Assembly (NCBI RefSeq): GCF_006345805.1
Contig: NC_043006.1
Span: forward strand, 14,632,001 to 14,696,000
Length of the DNA: 64,000 bases
Source of the DNA: Octopus sinensis
Taxonomy: Eukaryota
Direction of reading: 5' to 3'
Positions 1-12,101 of this stretch are shown here, piece by piece. Made by a program: the position numbers and the translations under genes. A model generated the notes under the pieces. The model was not told the DNA's origin, ran no database searches, and saw only the letters and a list, made by a program, of their open reading frames with translations. Positions within the stretch are counted from its first letter, which is position 1, and each line of letters begins with the position of its first letter.

Positions 1-1240
1 AGAATCTTTGGTCAGAAGCAGTTGGTCAAATATAACTCTGACATTGTATGCAATATTTAAGGAAAAATAGAGAAAAAAAACAACAACAGTATTATGACTT
101 ATTTTATGATAGCAGCCTTAGCTGGAAGTGGTTTATTGAAACAACTGTCAAAATCAGAACTAAATATTTAACAAAAAGCAGTGTGCAAACTGAAGACAAC
201 CTCTCATTTTTAAACCTTTTCATCCGTGCTAGTAATATTTTGATATTTTGTATATTAATCGTTTGCATAGATACTCATATTCTTGCTAGCCATTAACTGA
301 TGAAGTGGTAATAATGTTTATATTTATCTAAGCTGAGTTTCTCCTGTAAGAAAAAAAAAATCATCTGAGCATTTTGTGCCTTCGAAGCCTGTGTGCAATA
401 AAATATAACTGATCCTTTATTTGAAAAACGGGAAAGGATTAATGTCAGATAAAGTGTCTGTCTGACTGTAAAACAATACCTCAACTTATTTGTTCAGCCC
501 ATGCAAGCATGGAAAAACAGATATTAAAAGGGGCAAATGAACAAAGTTCCTTGGAGAAAGTATGGAAGTTTTCATGAGCAGTGATTCCAATCTCTAAATA
601 GTACTAATAACTCTGAGATCAAATATAAGTTAGATTAATTGAAACAGAAAAAAAATTGTAAATAGTTGTTAGTAGTCATTGTCATCATCATCATCTTTTA
701 ATGTCAGTAGTCATCATTATCATTATCTTTTAATGTACATCTTCTGTGATGGCATGGGTCTGAGGACTGTATTGTGCTCCTGTGTCTTCTTTGGTATGGT
801 TTCTATGACTGGATACCTTTTCTAATGCCAACCACTTTACAGAGTGTACTGGGTCCCTTTTATGTAGCACCAACACTAATGAGGTAAGCATGCAGCTCAC
901 AAGACTAAGATCCTCTTTGACTGAGTGGGGCATGGTAGTGGAAGGCAGCCTTATTATTAAGAGATGATAGATAAAGTATGAAAAAAGTGGTTAGAATGGA
1001 ACAGGTTTCTTGCTGGAGAGGAGCTAAATGGCTACTCACATTTTAGAAGAGTGGGCAGAAGTTCAGTGGTGATGAATCCTGGGTGGACTCACAAGGTACA
1101 AGGTGAATAGAAGTGGGAACAGAAAAACAGGGAGGAAGGGTGGGTAGAGGTAATAGTGGCAAACAAAATACCTTAGGACATTTGACTGTGTTTCGAGTTT
1201 AAATGTTCAATCCTTCCACTGGTCATTTTGCTATTAAATA

Positions 1241-1446
1241 CCTATTTCTTTACCACCCACAAGGGGCTAAACACAGAGGGGACAAACAAGGACAGACAAA
1301 CGGATTAAGTCAATTATATCGACCCCAGTGCATAACTGGTACTTATTTAATTGACCTTGGCGGAATTTGAACTCAGAACGTAGCGGCGGACAAAATACTG
1401 CTTAGCATTTTGCCTGGCGTGCTAACGATTCTACCAGCTCGCTGCC
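1241..1446 (-). mobile_element. tRNA-derived SINE, family A
   Basis: Reverse strand shows the family head with B-box GAGTTCAAATTCC and the tail ...TTTAGCCCCTTGTGGGTGGTAAAGAAATAG; has an internal deletion; many similar copies in the window. Confidence 0.85.
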
Positions 1447-2127
1447 TGCTATTAAGTACCAGTCGAATACTGGGCTTGATATAATTTACTATACTCTGAA
1501 GTTGTGCCCCAGCATGACCCCAGTCCAATGATTGAAACTAGTGAAATGGTAAGAAGGCTTAAGTGTGCATTTGCTCAGTATACATTGGTACATCGCTAGG
1601 TCAGTGTATTCAACAGTTGCTGGATGTTTAAATTCAGTAACTGATTTCTTTAGAAAGTAACTAGTGAATTTGGTCAGTTATAAATATACACACACACGTA
1701 CATATGTATTTGTTGTTGAAAAAAAAAAAAAAATTTACAACTCTGCTTCAGAGAAGAAAGTACTGTATTTTATTTTCAGCAGCTGTTTTCTCTGCAATTA
1801 AGCTTTGTTGAAGTGCTAATGAAAGAATGTTTGTGAATAGCCAACTGTTACAATAATCCGTTGCTACTATAATACTTACATTTGGTATTTCTTCTTTTCT
1901 GTTAAGTAAACGACTAGTTTTGATAACTGGAATTATCAATGTGATTTTGGTAAAAGTAGTATTTTAATTAGCTGTACTTTAAGTAGGGTTTTAGGCTTGT
2001 TAGGGGAATAATATGAAGAGAGCGGAGTAGTTGTTGCTAGAACAAACTTATAGACTTATTAAGTAGGTTGACATTATTTGACTTTCTTAGAAGGTTAGCA
2101 TATTTTAACTACTTGTCTTGGATTTAA

Positions 2128-2322
2128 CCCTTTTGTTACCAACCCGGCTGAAACCGGCTTTGGCTCTGAGTACAAATGTCTTGTTTTCATAAGTTTTGCA
2201 TTAAAATCTTCCACCAAACACTAGCTGAATGATAGTTAAGTTATTTTACTAAATTCTTTGTTACATTTAAAGTAATTGAAAAAAACATGAAGCATCTCAA
2301 AATAAATACAGTAACGAAAGGG
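2128..2322. mobile_element. piggyBac-like MITE
   Basis: TTAA at 2124-2127 and 2323-2326 flank imperfect TIRs CCCTTTTGTTAC...GTAACGAAAGGG; related copies at about 8567-8792, 26620-26782, 40769-40985, 49212-49430 and 57498-57707. Confidence 0.8.
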
Positions 2323-2638
2323 TTAAGTAATACTGTGGTTCTGAAAAGAGGAGAAAAACACACGAGCCATTTTTGTGAGGGTTACTTAAATTTAGATTTT
2401 TCCCTAAATCAAGTACTTAGGTTGATTTAATCAACCTATATTTGCCTTCTTTTTTTTTTTGGCAAATGTTACATATATGTAGATCATTCTGATTTAAAAG
2501 AAATAATTCTGTTTTATATCTTGTCTTTATCATCATCATCTTCATCACCATGCCATGTTTATTATTATTATAAACTGATTCACAATGTAAACTCTCAAAC
2601 ATATATTCAAATTATGGAGAAGGCTAATGTGCATATAT

Positions 2639-2850
2639 ATTTCTTTATTGCCCTCAAGGGGCTAAACATAGAGGGGACAAACAGGGACAGACAAAGGGAT
2701 TAAGTCGATTACATCGACCCCAGTGCGTAACTGGTACTTTATTTATCAACCCCGAAAGGATGAAAGGCAAAGTCGACCTTGGTGGAATTTGAACTCTGAA
2801 CGTAACCGCAGACGAAATAACGCTAAGCATTTCGCCCGGCGCACTAATGT
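2639..2850 (-). mobile_element. SINE family A
   Basis: Same consensus as 4113-4341. Confidence 0.85.
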
Positions 2851-2999
2851 TGGTGCTGCTTGTGAGTTGATTTCCAGACATATTTACTCAAAGAGGGCCC
2901 CAAGTGTTTCATTTGTATGATTAGTCCTGCTCTATGGACTGCCTGATGGATTGCACTAGCAGGTCTATCAGTAAATTTAACTGTTTTTGGAAACACTTT

Positions 3000-3810
3000 G
3001 TTGGTGGTTTATTGACACACCATTGACTGGTAAAGGATATTTGATAACCATAATCCGTCAGCACTCTTTGGAATGCTTGATGTTTGTGATTTTCTCCTCT
3101 GCCTTATTACATCTGTTGCTTAAACTGGAGATTTCATTCCATACAAAGTTGGCATTCACTCTGTTGGTAAGGTTGATCCATAGTGCACTGATAGACCCTT
3201 GCAGGCCAAGTTGGTATTGATGGATCCCTTTTCAGTGATTCTGAGTTGGAAATGAAGCAGAGAGAGAATTACCAAGGTGTTAGCTATTTCAAAGTTTTTA
3301 TAGTCAATATTATTGAATTTGCTGTAGAAATCTGCATGAGGTCATCATTTTGATACAGGGAAAAGTAGGATCAGGAACAGCAGATGTTAAATGCCAAGCT
3401 CTAGCTGGTCATGTTTGTAATGGCTAGTAGACCCAGCATACCTGACCTCATTTGTAATTTTGAGATCTGTTTATATATGCAGTCACTAAAGTGACTTTGC
3501 TAAATCAGGTGTTGGTGGGTGTCTGAAGATGTGAAGCCAAAGGAGTAAAGGTTGTTGAAGAGATGCAGTTAATCATTAGGTCGATGGCTAGGAGGGCAGG
3601 TACAAGTTTTCAGAGAAATGGCATCTAAACAAAGGTGTCTGTCTCTGTTATACTTAAGTGTGGTGGGGTTGAGATATATGTTTCTTAATGATGTTATAGA
3701 AGCTGCTGATGTGTCCGGGGAAAGGTGTGGTTTAAGAGTTTGGAGATATTGGATAGAAGCCAGGAAGTTCTATAAAATAATCTCGCCTTTTTATTCTTTT
3801 ATGCTCTTAA
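3000..3810 (-). mobile_element. Degraded CR1/L2-like LINE RT fragment
   Basis: The minus strand reads as a decayed version of RT motifs (SFG...VxxPTFxLYxNDL-like); frameshifted, recognised by eye only. Confidence 0.4.
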
Positions 3811-4112
3811 GTTCAAGTTGATTGTGAAATTTTCAGCACTTATAATTTTTGTTTTTATTTCTTTCTTTCCTCTAAAAATTTATTATTAAAATATTATAAG
3901 TAGAAATGATCTAAATTGTGATATAACAAAGATATTTTGTTATCCACATTTTTCAAATTCCAATAATTTATGCTATTTGGAAGTTTAATTTGAAGATAAC
4001 TTGGAGAGGGAATTGTATTTTTCTAGCTGTGATGTATTTAATGGTTTAAAGAAAATGTTGAATTAGAGACAGGCTAGGCTTTTGGTTTTAAGATTTATTC
4101 TGTACAAATATA

Positions 4113-4341
4113 TATTTTTTTACTGCCCACAAGGGGCTAAACATAGAGAGGACAAACAAGGACAGACAAAGGGATTAAATTGATTACATCAACCCCAGTG
4201 CGTAACTGGTACTTAATTTATCGACCCCGAAAGGATGAAAGGCAAAGTCGACCTCGGCGGAATTTGAACTCAGAACGTAGCAGCAGACAAATACCGCTAA
4301 GCATTTCGCCCAGCGCGTTAACGTTTCTGCCAGCTCGCCAC
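4113..4341 (-). mobile_element. SINE family A, full length with 13-bp TSD
   Basis: Direct repeat CTGTACAAATATA at 4100-4112 and 4342-4354; A/B-box head GGCGAGCTGGCAGAAACG...GAGTTCAAATTCC; central GCCTTTCATCCTTTCGGGGTCGATAAA. Confidence 0.92.
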
Positions 4342-4360
4342 CTGTACAAATATAGACACA

Positions 4361-4765
4361 AGCATAGCTGTGTGTTAAAAAGCCTGCTTCTCTACCACAT
4401 TCTCCAGGTTGAGTTCCTCTTTTTGACACCTTGAGCTGGTATCTTCTACTATAGCTAAAGCCTTGTGAATGGATTTGGTAGATGGAAACTATAAGAAGCT
4501 ATAAAGAAGCCCATCATTTGTATGTGTCCATGTCCTTGTCTCGACATCACATGATAGTTATATGTAAGCAGTACTGTCATACAAGTTGTGCCCCTCATTT
4601 CTAGTCTTCTATGAAAAATATGTTTGGTTATAGAGAAACACTACTTTGCTTGGGAACAAGCAAGGGTTGGCAACACAAAGGACATCTAACCATAAAAAAT
4701 TTATCTCAATGAATTCTATCCAACCCATGTAAGCATGGAAAAGTAGATATTAAAATGGTGCTGAT
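4361..4765 (+). mobile_element. CORE-like SINE family B with RTE-type 3' tail (degraded)
   Basis: Head GCATAGCTGTGTG..., body GGATTTGGTAGATGGAAACT, tail CCCATGTAAGCATGGAAAAGTAGATATTAAAATG; similar copies at about 28995-29345, 39081-39463, 42391-42765 and 56718-57150. Confidence 0.75.
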
Positions 4766-5394
4766 TTAATTCTATCCTAATACATCGGGTGTCTACTTTT
4801 TGATATCATTTTTAGTAGATTACCTTTTAATTTTGTTGTGGATAAATATTAATTTTGAATTTAGTCTGTGATTGTAAGGAGAGCATTCATTGCTGGAGGT
4901 TATATTAAATTTACCTATTTTAAGAAGTATTTCAAGTTAGATGTCAAATCAGGTACACATTTTAGTCAGTTACAGTTATAGATTTTAAGTCAGTTATATT
5001 TGGTTTGGTAGTCAATATTATTGCAACCAGTTCAGCACATTCTGATTATGAATTGTTTTTCTTGTCTGTGAGTAAGACAAAAATTATATTTTGGTTTGTG
5101 AGGAATAAGTACAAAGATTTTCTAGGAAAGTTTTTTGGTACATGTCATCCTATCCAGGAGATTTATCTCTCATCACTTCTTGCTGCAAAACCAACTGTAA
5201 GCTTTTATTTTAATATTTCATGAAAGGAGCAATGATTGTAAAGTTCTAATTGTTTTCACTGATATGTTTTAAAATGATACTGTTTGTTATTCAAACTTGC
5301 TGATTGATTTCATATGGACATAAGTTGTCCATATCGTTTGTCAAACTTTCTCATTGTTAATTTATATTTTTAACATTTTTCAGTGAATCATTGA

Positions 5395-5716
5395 ATGGTT
5401 GAAACTGGAGAAGTCCAAGATAACATGACCATTGTGATGCGTGGGAGTCCTGCAGGTGGGGACTCCCCCCAAGATAATACACAAGCCCCACCGCAGCAAC
5501 AGCAACAACAACAGAAGGTTACCCAGTCAACTAGTGATGAGATTGGCCAAGGGAATAGCCAGACTGAATTGCAGGATGACCAGGAACCGGACTTTCCTCA
5601 TGAAGCTCTGGCTAAATTGGATGAAATGATCAATCGACCAAGATGGGTTGTTCCTGTACTTCCCAAAGGAGAGTTGGAGTTGCTTCTTGAAGCATCCATT
5701 AAACTTAGTAAAGAAT
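5395..5716 (+). CDS. USP9X: USP9X coding exon 1 (exon starts 5384 after ...ttttcag; ATG 5395, alternative ATG 5425)
   Basis: [19 protein letters not shown]...[11 protein letters not shown]; donor T|GTAAGT at 5717, phase 1. Confidence 0.93.
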
Positions 5717-5836
5717 GTAAGTATCTTGGTATTTAAAAACAGAAACTGATATTTTAGATGATTGCAGTTATTGATGTAATATCCATTTCCTCTTTTACTC
5801 CAGATATATCTTGTTTCAGTCACAACCTATTGTGTT

Positions 5837-6345
5837 CATCATCATCATTGTTTAATGTCCACCTAGCATGGGTTGGACGATTTTGACTGAGGGCTGGCGA
5901 ACCAGACGGCCGCACCAGGCTCCCGTCTTGATCTGGCAGAGTTTCTATAGCTGGATGCCCTTCCTAACGCCAACCACTCCGAGAGTGTAGTGGATGCTTT
6001 TTATGTGCCACTGGCACGGGGGCCAGTCAGGCGGTACTGGCAACGACCTCACTCAAATCTTTTTTTACATGCCACCGGCATAGGTGCCAGTAAGGCGACG
6101 TTGGTAACGATCACGCTCGAATGGTGCCCTTTTACCTGCCATTGGCAGGGAAGCCAGTTGCCTGCTCTGGCAACGATCACACTTGGATGGTGCTCTTGGC
6201 ACCCTACTAGCACAGGCACAAGTGCCAGTAAGGCGACGGTGGTAACGATCACACTTGAATGGTGCCCTTTTATGTGCTACTAGCACGGAAGCCGGTTAGC
6301 TGCTCTGTCAACGATCACCCTCAAATGGTGCTTTCGGTGCTCTGG
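5837..6345 (-). mobile_element. RTE-LINE 3' UTR fragment with (GAT)n tail and internal minisatellite
   Basis: (CAT)n then GGATGCCCTTCCTAACGCCAACCAC; collinear with the LINE end at 27923-28752. Confidence 0.85.
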
Positions 6346-7658
6346 TAACAAAAGGAGTAAATTAGGATCTTAGTTTTACTTTAATAGCAATTAAGACTCA
6401 TATTGGAGTCTGACTTGGTTGATGATTTCTGCCACAAATTGGCAAATTAAAAGAAATAGAGGCAATTTTATTTAACTCTTAATGTCCTGTACAACAAAGA
6501 ACCACAACTACTATTGAGTCGGGAACCACATACAACTGCAATTCAAATAAGTAAATACATTGCTAGACATTAGTTAGTTTTGTTATGCTGAGTAAATATG
6601 TTGCATTTCATTAAAAGAAATTCAAAGACAAAAAGTTCCATCCTATCATTTAGAAATTTTTAGAATTCTTAAAAGGAGAACAATTAAGAAATGATATTAT
6701 AATGGGGCAGTATATAACCACTGCAGAAATTCCACATCACTAAAAATAATATTTTTTTATATTAATCATCATCATCATCGTTTAACGTCCGCTTCTATGC
6801 AAGCATGGGTTATTTAGCAGAAACAACAAAGTGACTCAAGGGCTGAGAGTTTTGTGCATTTGCAGTTATCAAATTAGTTAGTTTGAGAGGTTGTAAATTT
6901 ATATGTCAATGGTCATAGTATTTCCTTGGATAGTTCTGGAACATATTATAAGAACAATCACAATATCACATGGATAATTCATATTTTTCAAATAGTTTAC
7001 TCCATTGTGCCATTCAATAAGTAAATGTATGAATAAAAAAAATAGGAAAATTTATTCATAATTACACATAAATGAGAGTGCTAGTGAATATAAATACAAA
7101 GATATAGAATATAGTGCTGCAAGAAGAATTGAACCCATCACTAATGAATGATATTAAAAGTTTGGAAAACTGGATTATATCAGTGGAATTGGTTATAAAT
7201 CATTTTAGAATGTTTCTTTATTCTTTTAATTGAAAATAGTGTAAGCATCTCTTTTTAGTTCATGTGATTCTATTTTTGAAAATTACTTTGGTATATTTTC
7301 CATGTATATATGGAGTAAATTTAATATTAATGAATTTGAATTATATAACAGAAATGCCAGAAGCTGCAGTTCCATCCTGGAAAAATCCCTTTAAAGATGT
7401 GTTAAAAATATATATATACACACAAACTTCTAACTATGAAATATGTATTTGTTGCTCTTGCAGTTACTTTTGGGGCAATTTCATTTTGCCTACCTCTGAA
7501 GTATATTGTGTCTTTGTTAGCACCTATGTCTATAAAAGGATTTTTCCTGAACAAAAGTAACAACTTCTGGTATTTCAACTTAAGTATGTTGTACTGATAG
7601 AATTTTTAATATTAGTAATTTTTTAGCTTTGAATACTTTTTCTAATTTTTAACAAAAT

Positions 7659-7912
7659 GCAATGTTCTGTTGTGTCTAGGGAGAGTCATTTTCTTTTTGT
7701 GCCTTATAATATAACACACTCACTGGTAAAATCTCCACTTTTTTCTTATTTTTATTTTCCTAAAATTTTTATTGCGTCTGAAAACTTTGCAAGACGCAAC
7801 GAAAATTTTAGGAAAATAAAAATAAGAAATAAGTGGAAATTTTACCAGTGAGTGTGTTAGATTATAAGGCACAAAAAGAAAATGACTCTCCCCAGAATAC
7901 AACAGAGTATGC
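7659..7912. mobile_element. Fold-back (MITE-like) element, near-perfect palindrome of about 250 bp
   Basis: Left arm GGAGAGTCATTTTCTTTTTGTGCCTTATAAT... is the reverse complement of the right arm ...TTATAAGGCACAAAAAGAAAATGACTCTCC; it yields near-identical ORFs on both strands. Confidence 0.9.
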
Positions 7913-8039
7913 TTAAACACACGAACTCACATAAAGAATCTTGCAAACCAAATCCCAAAACGAAAATGAAATGTATTTACCCTTTGAATAAAGGATAAAT
8001 ACATTGATGCTTAGTAATGTATTTATGGTGGATATAAAG

Positions 8040-8176
8040 CGTTAGGAAGGGCATCCAGCCATAGAAACACTGCCAGATCTGACTGGGCCTGATGAAGCCT
8101 TCCGGCTTCACAGACCCCAGTTGAACCACCCAACCCATGCTAGCATGGAAAACGGACGCTAAACGATGATGATGAT
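8040..8176 (+). mobile_element. RTE-type 3' tail fragment
   Basis: GTTAGGAAGGGCATCCAGC...CCATGCTAGCATGGAAAACGGACG...(GAT)n; other + copies at about 15725-15915, 16855-17017, 35548-35712, 38275-38431 and 57988-58339. Confidence 0.85.
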
Positions 8177-8858
8177 AAAGCATGACAGTGATTTTACAAA
8201 ATACTATACTTAACATGATGATATATTTACCATGATGTGCCTGGCATAATGATGAATTTGCTGACAGTGTTTCAGTTTGCAATATTATTATGTTGCTATG
8301 AAATTACAGGTGATGTATTAACACAATGTGATTACCTGTGATGAATTTACTGGACAATCAGTGTATTTCCTGGTTTTCAGAATCAGTACACCGTATTTCT
8401 TTGTGTTATAAGAGGCAGCTAGAATACTTGGCATCAAGAAATGACATCTAGACACTAAAACATTGCTTTAAATAGTTTTAACCAATCCATGCCAGCATAG
8501 AAAAAGCAGATTGACATAAGAAATTTGAATTGTGTTTCAATGTTGAATAGGAGCTAAATGTTCAGCTCTTTTTGATACCAACCTACCACATACTGCTCTT
8601 GGTTCTATGATACTGGCTTCATGTTTTAAAAAGTGAACTGAATTAATATTTTATCAAAATTTTAATGTAAATGTAACTTCCAAACACCAGCTTAATGACA
8701 ACAAAGTTATTATATTAAATTCTTCATTATTTTCAAACTTAATTGGGAAAATAAAGGCAGTGTATTTCCAAAGAAACATAATAACAAAAGGGTTAAAGTT
8801 AGTCAGGTGGAACAACCTTTTCTAGCAAATAATTACGCTAATGAATTTTCTCTTATAG

Positions 8859-8971
8859 CACTGGATACAAGAAGTGAAGCTTGCCAGAGATTTTTCCGTG
8901 AAGGCTTGACCATATCCTTTACCAAAATACTTACTGATGAGGCTGTAAGTGGATGGAAGTATGAAATACAT
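8859..8971 (+). CDS. USP9X: USP9X coding exon 2
   Basis: ttatag| (S)[37 protein letters not shown] |gtaagt; 113 nt, phase 1 to 0. Confidence 0.96.
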
Positions 8972-9043
8972 GTAAGTTGATGTAACAAATTGAAGATATT
9001 ATTACATGAGCTTAACTTTGGTTACAATGTGTACATGTACACC

Positions 9044-9047
<4 letters not shown>

Positions 9048-9078
<31 letters not shown>
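9048..9078. repeat. (CT)n microsatellite
   Basis: Direct reading. Confidence 0.95.
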
Positions 9079-9079
<1 letters not shown>

Positions 9080-10138
9080 AAATTTTATAAACAAAATCCA
9101 GATTTTTAATTGTCCCATTTGATATTGCCTTTGGGTTCTCCACAATAGATTTTGTACTAAAGTGTTCCTATTTGAAATAAAACTTTTGTTCATGATACTA
9201 TGTAAAATCCTTTCTGGTAAGGTACGAAGATATGGTCTAAATACCTGCATTCATTATGCAAAAGAAAAAAAAGAAAAAAACCTTTATTTTTTTCAAAATT
9301 AAGTGAAATACGGACACAAGGATCAACTAGAAAATTCATTATGTATAAATAAATATGCATTCACATGTTTTCTGTATTTTAATTGTTTTTATTTACCCAT
9401 TATGATTTAAATAGTGCAGTAGTTAAACTTTACTTTAATTGCTACATTTATTGTCTCTATCCTTTTACTTTTTTTTTTTAATATTAAAACTAGATTTAAT
9501 ACTTTATGTAAGATAATTCCACAGCTGTTTCAGTGTCCAGATCTAATCTCCTTTTGATTACTTAGGGGATCTAATCTCAGTGTCAAGATCTAATCTCCTT
9601 TTGATCCTTAGAGAATCTGATAATTTTTCTTCAGGATGACTCCATGTTTAGAAATATAACTCCAAATGTTTGGAAATTTTGTAATCTTTGTTTGCTAGTC
9701 TCCTCATTGGAATGTGGGACCCCTCATACTCTGCCTGTTCAATGTTGAATGTTGAGTCTTTAGAAACTCTGGTAACTCACATGGGCTTTTAATGCAGTGG
9801 TTCTCAAGCATTTTTTATCTGTGAAACCCTTTGATTCCTACTTTACTATGCGGGACCCTCATAGCTATTCAGTGTTTAAAAAACCCTATAATAGTTTTAT
9901 AATTAAATATTATTAGAAATTGTGTAAAAAAAAATTGTTAAAATGTTTTGTGTATTGTAGATGTATAAGCAATTTATTATCCATATACTTGAATGACAAA
10001 ATCTTGCATGGACGATGACCAAGGGTCATATGAACTCTGGTTGAGAATCACTGTTTTAATGGAATACACAAAGGCTAGTTGTGGAAAATTTGTCCATGCT
10101 AAAGTTCCTTTGTTGGGAATTTATAGGCATAGATTCGT

Positions 10139-10357
10139 CATTGTTCATCATCATTTAACGTCCGTTTTCCATGCTAGCATGGGCTGGACGGTTCGACCGG
10201 GGTCTGGGAAGCCAAAAGGCTGCACCAGGCTCCAGTCTGATCTGGCAGTGTTTCTACAGCTGGATGCCCTTCCTAACGCCAACCACTCCGTGAATGTAGT
10301 GGGTGATTTTTACGTGCCACCTGCACAGGTGCCAGGCGAGGCTGGCAATGGCCACGA
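10139..10357 (-). mobile_element. RTE-type 3' tail fragment
   Basis: Reverse complement of the same consensus; other - copies at about 12677-12913, 18007-18345, 22734-23010, 44837-44993, 51804-52330 and 55903-56392. Confidence 0.88.
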
Positions 10358-10369
10358 GGCTGACATTAA

Positions 10370-10720
10370 TATACCTATTTTGTGGCATGATAGATACTGC
10401 ACCTGATTTTGGAAATATAATTCTAGGAAAAAATTTCTTATACTTACCAAAGCCCTGTTCACATAATAGAGCAAAAATGGTGAGCAAACCAGTGGAGTGT
10501 TCATGCCAATTGTTGAGCGAAAAATGTATCCTTGAAACACTTTTCTGTCAGGGTTTTATTATAATAAACACTGTGGTCTTCACTTTAAATTGCCCTGTGA
10601 TTATACATGCAACACACCATGGTGATTGTACCAAACCTGCCACGACTGATGTCTACAACTGCCACCAACCACCTCATATGTACAGCAGTATACTGCAGGA
10701 CACTGTTTGATTGGGTAAAC
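10370..10720 (-). mobile_element. Degraded Penelope-like RT fragment
   Basis: Minus-strand peptides GYIFRSTIGMNTPLVCSPFLLYY and RYINV resemble the Penelope RT motifs IFxQTIGIPMGTNCAPLxADLFLYxYE and RYIDD. Confidence 0.45.
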
Positions 10721-11673
10721 AGGCCTTGACTGACACTAATCATTTATTGGGCTTTGTACCAATTTTTAGTGAAGAATCTGTAAAAGAACTGGAAACAAAA
10801 AATTCCTGTTCATTGAGACAAGAAGCCAACCATTTGCAATTTCTCAATAGATGGTGTTGCCACACCATAGCAAAAAAAAAAAAACAAAAAAAAAAAAGAA
10901 AAGCAGTAAGGGCAGTGTAGCTACAGCAGAATTTAAAACAAAAAAACAAACCATTTTGTATTTACTAAGTAATTATATTTATATCAACAATATCAATTAA
11001 ATCAAATGTTTTAAAGTATAGAAAATACTTGCAATTTGCTAAGTTACGGTAGTGCTTCAGCATGGCCACAACCCCTGGCTGAAATCACTAAAAAATAAAA
11101 GATAATGAAATAACATTCTCTGTAATGAGCTGATTTCAAGCAACTTTAAGAAAATCATAGAAACAGCTTCTCAACAAGCATCATAGAAGATGAAGGATAA
11201 TTTTCAAGGTGTTAATTAAATAAAAATGGTGCTTGTTATACCACAAAATTCAGTAACACCTGTGAAACTGTGTGGCCTAGAGGCTAGGGTGTTGGCACCT
11301 CAATTGTGAGGTTATGGTTTTAGTTTCCAGATAAGGCAGTTTATTCTGTTTTTGAGCAAAACCTTTCATTCTATATTGCTTCAGTTAAGTAAGCAGAAAA
11401 TATGCATCAACAACAGCTGGTGAGTTAAACCTGCAATAGGTTGGCATCTTGTCCAGGGGGAGTATTGTACTCTTGGCTTCTTATATATACCATGGAATCT
11501 AGGATAAATTTCAACCTAACAAGCCTGTAGGCTTGTCACAGACCGAAGACCCAACAAGAACTGAAGTAGGATCTGTTTAAAGAAGATCGTGAAAGAATCC
11601 AAGATAATATTTTTAATTGTTAGTTCTTCAGGAAAGACTTCTTTTTGATGTTTTCTTTTCTCTTTGTTTTCAG

Positions 11674-11786
11674 AGATGCATATTCAAAAATGCAGAAAAA
11701 CTGATTGAATTATGTGTTTGCAAACTTTCTCAAGATTGGTTTCCTTTGTTGGATCTCTTGGCAATGGTTCTGAATCCTCAGTGCAA
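11674..11786 (+). CDS. USP9X: USP9X coding exon 3
   Basis: ttttcag| [37 protein letters not shown](K) |gtaagt; 113 nt. Confidence 0.96.
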
Positions 11787-12101
11787 GTAAGTTTATCTTT
11801 GGTACATTCATAATATTGATTATTGATCTGTTGTGATACGTTTTTAGATTTAATGTTTCTGTGAGTGAGGTGAAATTACACACATACATAGAATAAAAGG
11901 CAGAAAAGTGTAAATTTCATATATATAAATATCATTATTTGGTGTTCAACCCATTGAGCACAAATTATGAACTGTACATGAAATTTATGCTTTTTTGCAT
12001 TTTATCCTAAAGATGTTGTTCTCAACAATTGTTTTAGCTGATTCTGTATATACATGCAAGTTTGTTCCACTTGGATTTACTGCTTTGTAATAATATATTA
12101 T

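Noticed and set aside
1770-1910. Possible non-coding 5' UTR exon (ttttcagcag ... gtaaac)
   Set aside because: Splice-like motifs are common in AT-rich DNA; it cannot be supported without transcript data. No promoter or CpG island was identifiable in 1-5383.
7657-7920. Matching ORFs on both strands (ESHFLFVPYN...)
   Set aside because: Consequence of the DNA palindrome.
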